Source of the DNA: a virus
Taxonomy: Duplodnaviria > Caudoviricetes
Virus record (IMG/VR): IMGVR_UViG_3300007513_000003
DNA: 64,000 bases
Strand: one strand, 5' to 3'
Shown: positions 29,848 through 37,492 of the stretch, piece by piece
How positions within the stretch are numbered: position 1 is the first letter of the stretch
Layout: each line of letters starts with the position of its first letter
Made by a program: the position numbers and the translations under genes
The notes under the pieces: model-generated
Seen by the model: the letters and a program-made list of their open reading frames with translations, nothing else
Databases searched by the model: none
Told to the model about the DNA's origin: nothing

Positions 29848-29872
29848 AAAATTATTTATATAGGTGTAGAAG

Positions 29873-29902
29873 AATAAAGGAATACCTGAGCATTCCTTTA
29901 TT
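29873..29902. terminator. 11-bp perfect hairpin between rpmG and ssrA
   Basis: AATAAAGGAAT-N8-ATTCCTTTATT. Confidence 0.65.
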
Positions 29903-30071
29903 TAATTTTCTTTTCTTCAAACCAGACGTGTTTTCTTAAAACTGGATCGTATTTCTTTTTACGTAGTTTTTCAGGATTGCGTCCGTTTTTAGTAGTAGTA
30001 TAATAGTAGCCAGTGCCTTCTGTTGACACTAGTTTAACTATTCTAATTGATTTACTAGTAGGATAAGACAT
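29898..30071 (-). CDS. rpmG: 50S ribosomal protein bL33 (57 aa, non-zinc type), absent from the ORF track
   Basis: Hand translation [57 protein letters not shown]; TAATG coupling to the upstream ORF. Confidence 0.93.
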   Translation of the reverse strand: MSYPTSKSIRIVKLVSTEGTGYYYTTTKNGRNPEKLRKKKYDPVLRKHVWFEEKKIK

Positions 30072-30397
30072 TAGTATTGATTTTTTGTTGTGTTGTCGGC
30101 AAACGCATGATTGTCAATAACATGTTCTTTTGCTTTTTCATTTGTCATTTCATCAGATGTTTCCGGAATAAAAGGAACATCAAGATTTGTGTAAATGTTA
30201 TACCAACGTGATGATGGGCCCCATGTTGCGGGCCCGCAATCGAAATATGGTGTTTCAGTGTACCTATGTGTTTCTTTGAGTATTTGTTTTGAATTTGATT
30301 CTTGCAGATCTTTACAAAATGCGTAAAAAGTTTCTGCTTTTTCAACATCGCCTTCTGCAAGTTTGAGACACTCTAATTTTAAAGTTGAGTCATCCAT
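30071..30397 (-). CDS. hypothetical protein
   Basis: [10 protein letters not shown]-terminus; SD-like AGGA. Confidence 0.65.
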   Translation of the reverse strand: MDDSTLKLECLKLAEGDVEKAETFYAFCKDLQESNSKQILKETHRYTETPYFDCGPATWGPSSRWYNIYTNLDVPFIPETSDEMTNEKAKEHVIDNHAFADNTTKNQY

Positions 30398-30411
30398 AAT
30401 CAAATCCTATA

Positions 30412-30579
30412 TTAGTCTTGCCAAATTCTCCATGCACCGTAAATAATAGCGGCCCATGCAATCCAAGTAACTAGTGGTGAAAATAATAGTGCAAGAACAC
30501 CAACACCTACTAGTACTGTGCCATCCCAAGTTGATCTTTCTGACCATTTTGCTTTGGCCCAATCAATTAAATTAAACAT
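30412..30579 (-). CDS. 55-aa membrane protein, absent from the ORF track
   Basis: Hand translation MFNLIDWAKAKWSERSTWDGTVLVGVGVLALLFSPLVTWIAWAAIIYGAWRIWQD; SD AGGAG. Confidence 0.7.
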   Translation of the reverse strand: MFNLIDWAKAKWSERSTWDGTVLVGVGVLALLFSPLVTWIAWAAIIYGAWRIWQD

Positions 30580-30602
30580 AATAAGCTCCTTTAAAATATA
30601 AG

Positions 30603-30902
30603 TTATTTATCCGCTTCTACTTTAACTTGTAGCGGATAATTATTATTTCGTGCCAAAAGTGTCACTTCAATACCGTGTTGTTCAGCAATTTCATATGGCA
30701 AAATAGCAACAATAGCAGAACCTTCTGCATCTACTTTATATGTTAGTTCTTGTGCTTCTTCTAATGTGTGGCTAAACACAGTCATAAGAACATTAACAAC
30801 AAAGTCCATTGGTGTTACATCATCATTGATGAATATAACTTTATACAATGATGGCTCTTTTAAATCTAATTGCTTTTTAATCTTGGTTGCAGTATCAGAC
30901 AT
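30603..30902 (-). CDS. clpS: ATP-dependent Clp protease adaptor ClpS
   Basis: EPSLYKVIFINDDVTPMDFVV.VL..VF, V..EGSAIV, YEIAE, YPLQVKVE. Confidence 0.92.
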   Translation of the reverse strand: MSDTATKIKKQLDLKEPSLYKVIFINDDVTPMDFVVNVLMTVFSHTLEEAQELTYKVDAEGSAIVAILPYEIAEQHGIEVTLLARNNNYPLQVKVEADK

Positions 30903-31465
30903 TAATTATCCTTTTCGTAATCTTTCTTAATATTTTTATCTACAAAGTCTTTTAGTCTATATATTTTATATCTTGCGCCTTCTCGAGTTTGTCCACTTTG
31001 CCCTCGCTCCAGCATACCCTCTAAAAATTCAATAACTAGTGGGTTTCCTTTTTTCTTTGCTTCTCTTCCACGTTTAAGTTCTTCTTGCATTTCTCGTGAG
31101 AAAGGTATTTTATATAAACGAGTATTTCTCTCTCCTAAATGTTGCACCCATATTTCTATTACATGCCCTTGTCGTTGTCCATCAAGTAGCACAACTTTTC
31201 CTGAAGGGTATGTAGGAAGTGCATATCCTAGAAAATTATTTAACTTCACTATTGTACTATAGAATAAGAAAAAAATCAATGGAATTGTTAAAAACTTTAT
31301 ATAAAACTTAGCTGGTGTTTTTAGTAATGCGTATAATACTAATATTGCTAATACTAGCATGGCACCCAATTGTAAACCAAACTCGTATATAATATTATAC
31401 CAGTCTGATAAAACGATTTCATCCGTAGTATAATCAGTAAAATCTATTATTTCTTTCTCTGACAT
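30902..31465 (-). CDS. membrane protein, third gene of the ExbB/MotA-type module
   Basis: Two N-terminal TM helices; coupled gene order. Confidence 0.65.
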   Translation of the reverse strand: MSEKEIIDFTDYTTDEIVLSDWYNIIYEFGLQLGAMLVLAILVLYALLKTPAKFYIKFLTIPLIFFLFYSTIVKLNNFLGYALPTYPSGKVVLLDGQRQGHVIEIWVQHLGERNTRLYKIPFSREMQEELKRGREAKKKGNPLVIEFLEGMLERGQSGQTREGARYKIYRLKDFVDKNIKKDYEKDN

Positions 31466-31467
31466 AA

Positions 31468-32298
31468 CTAATTAGTTCCCTCTTGTTGCCATTTTCTCAA
31501 TTGAGTTGTCATTCCATCCCATAGACTAGGATCATATGTATCACCAATTGCCATAGGATGATTGCCATTATCGTCTTCAAAGTGTGTTAACCCATCTGTA
31601 TATACAAATGGTGTCGGATGATTATTAACGTATTCTATAGAATATGTATAACTTTGGGTACCGTCTGGGGTTGCGATTCCATTCTCTCTTTGTACAACTG
31701 TAAAGTTAAATGCAGTAACTTCTTCGCCAGTTTCTGTCATTTCAAATTTGGCAGTAGTAATTTCTTTAAACGGATTTACTCTTACTAATTCAACTGTTAC
31801 AGGTATTGGATATTTGGGAGGATTTGGAGATATGTCCTCAGGATTATCTGCTCCCGTGTATCCGGAAAGTCTTGACCGATGTGCATAATAGTGTACATTA
31901 ACTGTCCATTCACCTGGAATCCAGCCACGTATAGTAGCAACTTCAACATTTTCATCTACTGCTACTATAGTGCCGTCTGCTAACATAAGTGTATCGTTTG
32001 CCGCGCCCAAATCATCTCTATCTAAATGCATTAAGCCTGATGTGCGCGATTTAAAACTAACAACATTACCTTCAGGATCTTTTACCCACAAGTCAATATC
32101 ACTGTAATTGCCAACTTCCCAAGTCAATGTAATAATTAGTTCAGACTTAGGGTCTATTTTTTTATTCGTAGGTATAGGAGGTTGTATTAGCAAAAAAGAG
32201 ATAACAAACAGAAATACGAAACCTACTAATGTATTAAAAAGTAGATCAGTAAATCCTAGTCCTGAAAATTTTGATCGCTCACGCTTTCCTGTGGTCAT
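31468..32298 (-). CDS. single-TM partner of the MotA/ExbB-like protein
   Basis: GFTDLLFNTL (conserved TM Asp as in ExbD/TolR/MotB), then DIDLWVKDP periplasmic domain. Confidence 0.65.
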   Translation of the reverse strand: MTTGKRERSKFSGLGFTDLLFNTLVGFVFLFVISFLLIQPPIPTNKKIDPKSELIITLTWEVGNYSDIDLWVKDPEGNVVSFKSRTSGLMHLDRDDLGAANDTLMLADGTIVAVDENVEVATIRGWIPGEWTVNVHYYAHRSRLSGYTGADNPEDISPNPPKYPIPVTVELVRVNPFKEITTAKFEMTETGEEVTAFNFTVVQRENGIATPDGTQSYTYSIEYVNNHPTPFVYTDGLTHFEDDNGNHPMAIGDTYDPSLWDGMTTQLRKWQQEGTN

Positions 32299-32749
32299 AT
32301 TCTAAGTTTATCAATTGAAGTTTTGAAAGTAACGAACACGTTAAACCCACCAATGTAGTAGTTAATGCTGTACTCATACCAGCAGCCATGTCGCGAATGA
32401 CTTCTTTTGCCTGTCCGATGTTTGATAAATCTAGATCGTTAAACGAGCCACCAAGCATTATAATAAATCCAGTTACTGTTCCAATTAGTCCTAGTGATAC
32501 CATCGACTCGGCGAAGAACCAAGATACTTCTATAGATCTAAAGTTTAATGGTTTGCGTTTAGAAACTTTGTATGTTTGTAACCCTATATTGGCTGTTACG
32601 CCTGTAAACAATGCTATAATAAAGAAACTAATTTTTGTTTGGTCTAAATACCAAAGAGTACGCCACATATCAAAATAATATAATACTGCGGCACTACATG
32701 CTATTACGCAGGTCAATAACCACCACTTTAAGAAACTATTAGACTTCAT
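32279..32749 (-). CDS. MotA/TolQ/ExbB proton channel family protein
   Basis: SLGLIGTVTGFI, GMSTALTTTLVGL; start inferred from TAAATA-N5-ATG. Confidence 0.85.
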   Translation of the reverse strand: MKSNSFLKWWLLTCVIACSAAVLYYFDMWRTLWYLDQTKISFFIIALFTGVTANIGLQTYKVSKRKPLNFRSIEVSWFFAESMVSLGLIGTVTGFIIMLGGSFNDLDLSNIGQAKEVIRDMAAGMSTALTTTLVGLTCSLLSKLQLINLEYDHRKA

Positions 32750-32792
32750 TAATATATTTATGTAAAAGAATATTATTATAAATATTTGTACC

Positions 32793-33860
32793 ATGCACGA
32801 CAAAAAGTTCTTTTGTATAGAGCCTTTCGTAAGTCTTTCTATAGTTAAAGAAGATCATATTTTTCCTTGTTGTCTTAATGAAGGGCAAAAAAGCACTCAA
32901 AAAGATGACCTATGGAACGATCCTTATCTTGAAAATATACGAAAACAAATTCTAAACAACGAAGTTCCTGAAGAATGTCGCGCCTGTGTTGAACAAGAAA
33001 AGTTTGGTCGATATAGCAGACGATTACATTCTAATGATGTTTGGTTAGAACAACACGGCAATTTTGAAGATGCTCTTGAAAATGATGCTCCGTATAAGTT
33101 AGATTTTTGGACTGGAAACTTGTGTAATTTGGCTTGTAGTACTTGTACATATACAAATAGTTCATCATGGTTTACACTTCTTAAAAAAGCAGATAAAGCA
33201 GGAAAAACTGATTTACGTTATAAAGGAAACTATGTAAGTAATTTAGATTACTCTTATGAATTTAAAAAAGAAGATATTCCGAATATTGACTTTAAAAATA
33301 TGGAAAATATACACTTCAACGGCGGTGAACCCTTGCTAACAGATTCACACTTTAAAATTTTAAATTTAATTCCGCCAGAACAAAGAAAGGATGTTTATGT
33401 CATTTATAACACAAACGGTACCGTCAGAATAGATTTAGAAGATGAAAAATGGAGTATTTTCAAAGAATACAAAAGTGTCGATATGTGTTTTAGTATAGAT
33501 GGCATTGAAGAAACATTTAATTATGTTAGATGGCCTGCTAAATGGGAAGAAGTACAAAGCAACATTGATCTATGGGCTGAATATTGTTATGGAAAATATG
33601 ATGACTGCCACTTTGAAATGAGTGTAAACATGGTAAAAACTCCGCACAATTATACAACGTTTGATAATGCCGTTAAATATGTCACTGATCGTTGGTTTAC
33701 CAAACTTATTGCGATTCGAAACGCAAGCATTGATGAATATGTGTTTACTACTAATGATCATTCTTTTATGGATTGGTCAGACGCACAATTTGAAGAATAC
33801 ACAAAGACAGAAGAATTTTTCTTGCAAACAAAAAATTTAGAAACACTACGAAATCTTTGA
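32793..33860 (+). CDS. radical SAM protein with N-terminal SPASM/twitch-like Cys cluster
   Basis: CNLACSTC, FNGGEPL, FSIDG; N-terminal FCIEPF..PCC..CRAC. Confidence 0.88.
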   Translation: MHDKKFFCIEPFVSLSIVKEDHIFPCCLNEGQKSTQKDDLWNDPYLENIRKQILNNEVPEECRACVEQEKFGRYSRRLHSNDVWLEQHGNFEDALENDAPYKLDFWTGNLCNLACSTCTYTNSSSWFTLLKKADKAGKTDLRYKGNYVSNLDYSYEFKKEDIPNIDFKNMENIHFNGGEPLLTDSHFKILNLIPPEQRKDVYVIYNTNGTVRIDLEDEKWSIFKEYKSVDMCFSIDGIEETFNYVRWPAKWEEVQSNIDLWAEYCYGKYDDCHFEMSVNMVKTPHNYTTFDNAVKYVTDRWFTKLIAIRNASIDEYVFTTNDHSFMDWSDAQFEEYTKTEEFFLQTKNLETLRNL

Positions 33861-33869
33861 TAAATATTA

Positions 33870-33898
33870 TTGACATATTAAAGCAAAGATGCTATAAT
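33870..33898 (+). promoter_or_regulatory. sigma70-type promoter of hsp20
   Basis: TTGACA-N17-TATAAT. Confidence 0.8.
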
Positions 33899-33904
33899 AT
33901 GTAA

Positions 33905-33960
33905 TATAAGTGCTCAATTGGGAGGCTTATAACTTTACTCGCTTAATATAAGGAGGAACT
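33905..33960 (+). promoter_or_regulatory. ROSE-like RNA thermometer in the hsp20 5'UTR
   Basis: CUCGCUU (33938-33944) pairs with AAGGAG (33950-33955) with a bulged G. Confidence 0.6.
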
Positions 33961-33964
33961 TAAA

Positions 33965-34399
33965 ATGACAGAGTATAGAATCACATCTGGGAATCTAATC
34001 CCAACACTTAACCGACACATGGTAGGCTTCGATCGTCTCTTTGGCGATATGGACAGATTGTTTACAAGGGGCCAAGCACCATCTTACCCACCTTACAACA
34101 TCGAAAAACTTAGCGATACAGAATATGTTATCACTATCGCTGTCGCTGGTTTTGATCAAGGTGATCTTTCAGTAACCGTTGACAACGGCGTTCTTAATGT
34201 CTCAGGACACAAAGAAGATTCAGATAAGCAAACATGGTTACACAAGGGCATCGCTACACGCGACTTCCAACGCTCTTGGAACCTTGCTGAATTTGTTAAG
34301 GTTGTCTCAGCAGAGTGTAAAAACGGTATGCTTGAAGTTCGTTTGGTTCAAGAAGTTCCTGAAACCGCTAAACCCAAGGAAATTGAGATTAAATTTTAA
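33965..34399 (+). CDS. ibpA: small heat shock protein Hsp20 (IbpA-like)
   Basis: VGFDRLF, YPPYNI, IAVAGF, LHKGIA.RDF.R, NGMLEV.L...VPE. Confidence 0.92.
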   Translation: MTEYRITSGNLIPTLNRHMVGFDRLFGDMDRLFTRGQAPSYPPYNIEKLSDTEYVITIAVAGFDQGDLSVTVDNGVLNVSGHKEDSDKQTWLHKGIATRDFQRSWNLAEFVKVVSAECKNGMLEVRLVQEVPETAKPKEIEIKF

Positions 34400-34422
34400 T
34401 CTTTTTAGGGAGGAGATGGAAG

Positions 34423-34441
34423 TGGGGGCAGTTTGCCCCCA
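34423..34441. terminator. hairpin terminator between convergent hsp20 and rpsU
   Basis: TGGGGGCA-GTT-TGCCCCCA. Confidence 0.7.
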
Positions 34442-34470
34442 TTTTCATAGCAAATTTTGTATCTTAGTCG

Positions 34471-34782
34471 TTAGTATAATCTATTTTTACTAGGTATTCT
34501 TTCTGCTTGCTCTTTAAGATGCCGCTTGCGGGCAACGTCTCTTGCTCTTTTTCTTTTAATACTTGGCTTTTCATAATGTTCGCGGGCTTTTAGTTCTTGC
34601 AATTTGCCGTCGTTGTCTATTTTCTTCTTAAGTTTACGTATTGCCTTTTCAACATTTCCGTCATTAACCCAAACTCTGAGTCCTGTAATTTTTACTGGAG
34701 CCCGTTTATCTTTTTGTTTGAATGGCGCTCTTCTATTATTATTCCATTTTGTATTTCTATTATTCCAAGTTTGTGCCATCAT
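34471..34782 (-). CDS. rpsU: 30S ribosomal protein bS21 with basic N-terminal extension
   Basis: V.VNDGNVEKAIRKLKKKI, REHYEKPS.KRKR. Confidence 0.88.
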   Translation of the reverse strand: MMAQTWNNRNTKWNNNRRAPFKQKDKRAPVKITGLRVWVNDGNVEKAIRKLKKKIDNDGKLQELKAREHYEKPSIKRKRARDVARKRHLKEQAERIPSKNRLY

Positions 34783-35168
34783 TCCTCCAAGTATTGTAGT
34801 GGCTCTATAATATTTTTTATTCTGTTTTTATTTAATAAACTATATGATTCTGCGATACTATCATCGCAAAAGTAATAGCAGTTATTTTTATTTAACATCC
34901 ATCCAAACACGTGAGCAATAATATGATTGTATCGTAAATCAATTATTATGATATCTGATTGTTGCGTAGTATTAAGCAACCAATCTATATTGTCATTCAT
35001 AACCGGATCATAGATACATAAACTAACATCTAAATCTACATGTTTTAGTGTATTTAAAATTTCTCTTTGATCTTCTAAACCACATGCCGCAATTAATATG
35101 TTTAATGCTGATCCGTAATATTTGTCAGGTGGAGTTATAAGTGTAATTGTGTTATTCGCCGAGGACAT
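34779..35168 (-). CDS. hypothetical protein
   Basis: 129-aa ORF, ITLITPPD motif. Confidence 0.65.
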   Translation of the reverse strand: MSSANNTITLITPPDKYYGSALNILIAACGLEDQREILNTLKHVDLDVSLCIYDPVMNDNIDWLLNTTQQSDIIIIDLRYNHIIAHVFGWMLNKNNCYYFCDDSIAESYSLLNKNRIKNIIEPLQYLEE

Positions 35169-37092
35169 CTTTACGTTTTAAGGTTGTTTGTAAGTATTCT
35201 TGTTCTTCTTCTGTAAACTCTGTAACACTTACACCATTATTTACACGTGACATTAAGTCGTCGATCTGTTTTTGACTTAATTTCTTTTGTTTGTCAGACT
35301 TGTTTAATTCTTTCTTAAGTTTTTCTATTTCTTTTTCTAACTTTTTAACTTTTTTAGTATCTTCTTTATGTACCACAAATGGTTTGCCTTCTAACTGTTC
35401 CTTTTCTACTACTTTCTTTTCTACAATTTTCTCTACAATAACTTCAACAGGAACTTCTTTAATCACTTCCTTTTCAACTATTACCTCTACTGGCACTTCC
35501 TTCTCAACCAGTTTCTCAACCTCTACTATCTTTTCAACTTCAACAGGAACTTCCTTTTCTACTATCTTCTCAACCTCTACTATCTTTTCTACAACCTTCT
35601 CTACTTCAACAGGAACTTCCTTCTCAACTAGTTTCTCAACTTCTACAATTTTCTCTACAACTTTCTCTACTTCGACAGGAACTTCCTTTTCTACTATCTT
35701 CTCAACCTCTACTATTTTCTCTACGACTTTTGGCTGATCAGTCTTTTTTTTACTAGCAGGTGGTTCTGTAGGTGGTGTTGGTTTTCGTGGTTTATCTGTG
35801 CGGAATCTTATTAGTGTCATATTACCAGCAATAACTAACAATACTGCTAATGGATCAAATACAAATATAATAACAATAATAACCCATCTTACAGCATCTT
35901 CCAGTAAGTCAGTCGTAATATCATTGCCATATATTAAACCAGCAATGTACTTAATTGGGCCCACTTCTGCTTCTAATTCTCTTACTTGGCTTGCTAACAC
36001 AAAACGTTCTTCATTTAATGTGTCTATTTGTGTATAATAGTTTTCAATTTCTATCTCTAACTCTTTTACTTTGCCTTCTACTTCGTCTGCTTTAACGCCC
36101 ATTTGCTCTTGTAATGATTTAATTTCATTATTAGCGGCGGTAATTTCTGCTTGTGTTTGCTGTCTTAACTCATCAATCTTTTGCTGATGTGGTTTAACTT
36201 TATTAGTGTAGTCTGCTCTTAATGCTGTTATTTGTTTTTGAACATCATCTGATACATCAATCTCTTTTTGTCGCAGTTCATTAATTTCGTTTTCAATTTC
36301 TCTAATTTGTGCGGCAAGTTCATCTCTGCGTGGTTGCTGTTCTTTTCTTAATTCTCTACCTTTTTCAACCCAATCTGTAATATTACCCCACGCACTTTTT
36401 TCTACACCTTTGTCTGTATATGCTTTAACATCAGTGTCTAATTGTGCTATTGTTTGATTAACACGCTCGATGGCTTGTTGTTTTACTACAACATCTTCTT
36501 GAACACGAGATTGTGCTACTTTAATGCGTTCTTCTTCTACGTCAATATTGTTTTCTAACTGCTCACGTAATGACTGTATCTGTGCTTCTTCTTGTGCTAT
36601 TAAACTGCTGACTCTATTCCAAGCACCATCACGTATTTGCTCTTGCTGTTCTATTGCTCTTGCTATATTTGTATTGTGTTGTCCTGTATCATTACTTTCT
36701 AATCTAGTAATTTTTTCTTTAGTAACATTTACTCTGCCATTATAGCGAGCAATTTTTTCATCAATACGTTCTACTTGTGCTTGTGCTTGTCCTGCGCCAG
36801 TAGTTTGTTCTACGTGGGCCTTGGATAAAAAGCCAAAGATACCCATAGAGGTAATAAACATTAGCACAACAACCGCAAGAGTAAGATAATACTTTAAAAA
36901 TTTAGGTATGTTGAACCAAAACTGGTAGAGCCACGAGGCAGTTACTAACTTACCTACTTCAAGAACCGCCCCCATAATAGCAATGGGTACAGCCGCGGCG
37001 GCAAATATAGCCATTAATCCTATAATGCTATAATATGCGGCAACGGCACTGATAGACAGCGCCGTCAATAGTACAAATAATGCAAAACCCAT
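35152..37092 (-). CDS. membrane-anchored long coiled-coil protein with V/E/K repeats
   Basis: Three N-terminal TMs, coiled coil, EVGPIKYIA, VFDPLAVLL TM, repeat tract. Confidence 0.8.
   Translation of the reverse strand: MGFALFVLLTALSISAVAAYYSIIGLMAIFAAAAVPIAIMGAVLEVGKLVTASWLYQFWFNIPKFLKYYLTLAVVVLMFITSMGIFGFLSKAHVEQTTGAGQAQAQVERIDEKIARYNGRVNVTKEKITRLESNDTGQHNTNIARAIEQQEQIRDGAWNRVSSLIAQEEAQIQSLREQLENNIDVEEERIKVAQSRVQEDVVVKQQAIERVNQTIAQLDTDVKAYTDKGVEKSAWGNITDWVEKGRELRKEQQPRRDELAAQIREIENEINELRQKEIDVSDDVQKQITALRADYTNKVKPHQQKIDELRQQTQAEITAANNEIKSLQEQMGVKADEVEGKVKELEIEIENYYTQIDTLNEERFVLASQVRELEAEVGPIKYIAGLIYGNDITTDLLEDAVRWVIIVIIFVFDPLAVLLVIAGNMTLIRFRTDKPRKPTPPTEPPASKKKTDQPKVVEKIVEVEKIVEKEVPVEVEKVVEKIVEVEKLVEKEVPVEVEKVVEKIVEVEKIVEKEVPVEVEKIVEVEKLVEKEVPVEVIVEKEVIKEVPVEVIVEKIVEKKVVEKEQLEGKPFVVHKEDTKKVKKLEKEIEKLKKELNKSDKQKKLSQKQIDDLMSRVNNGVSVTEFTEEEQEYLQTTLKRKDVLGE
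35399..35730 (-). repeat. coding tandem repeats EKIVEVEK(I/L)VEKEVPVEV
   Basis: Visible in the translation of 35152..37092. Confidence 0.9.
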
Positions 37093-37153
37093 TGTACTAG
37101 TATTTATTGTTATATATAAACTTTATAACCACTAATTTTGCTGTAAATATGGG

Positions 37154-37174
37154 TAACCACACCGAGTGTGGTTA
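37154..37174. promoter_or_regulatory. perfect 9-3-9 palindrome upstream of a small exported protein gene
   Basis: TAACCACAC-CGA-GTGTGGTTA. Confidence 0.55.
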
Positions 37175-37192
37175 TATTATGGAGGTATTATA

Positions 37193-37408
37193 ATGATAAA
37201 GGCTCTTTTAAGCGCAGCTTTATTACTAGGTCTTTCTGGAATCGCATCTGCAGAAGGTCGTGATGTAGCTTGGGAGAATTTCCAAGGAACAGTCGGCACT
37301 CCTGGCCCTTGCGAAGTTCTAGTAAATGATAAAGGTAAACCATATGTTTGTTGGACTATCTTTCCAGGACCTGGTGCAGAAGGCTCCGGAGAAGATTACC
37401 GCAAGTAA
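37193..37408 (+). CDS. small exported protein (71 aa)
   Basis: SD GGAGG; signal peptide MIKALLSAALLLGLSGIASA; two Cys. Confidence 0.7.
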   Translation: MIKALLSAALLLGLSGIASAEGRDVAWENFQGTVGTPGPCEVLVNDKGKPYVCWTIFPGPGAEGSGEDYRK

Positions 37409-37492
37409 ACATTAATTTATTTCTATTATAGGAGAAGGGCGTACGGAATGGTTTTGCTATTAGCAGGATTACCGGCGCCCTTTTTCACTCCA

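Noticed and set aside
29612-29863. 83-aa plus-strand ORF in the track
   Set aside because: It is antisense to the tmRNA, which fully explains the sequence
30902-32749. Zorya defence system
   Set aside because: The MotA-like protein lacks the long ZorA tail, the partner shows no OmpA-like domain, and no ZorC/D/E genes are present
35291-35737. Ser/Thr/Phe-rich plus-strand ORF
   Set aside because: Antisense shadow of the VEK repeat tract; the same applies to 39392..39835 and other antisense ORFs over long genes
37435-37485. Structured element AAGGGCG...CGCCCTT as a novel ncRNA
   Set aside because: It lies between convergent stop codons and ends in a T tract; a bidirectional terminator is the simpler explanation
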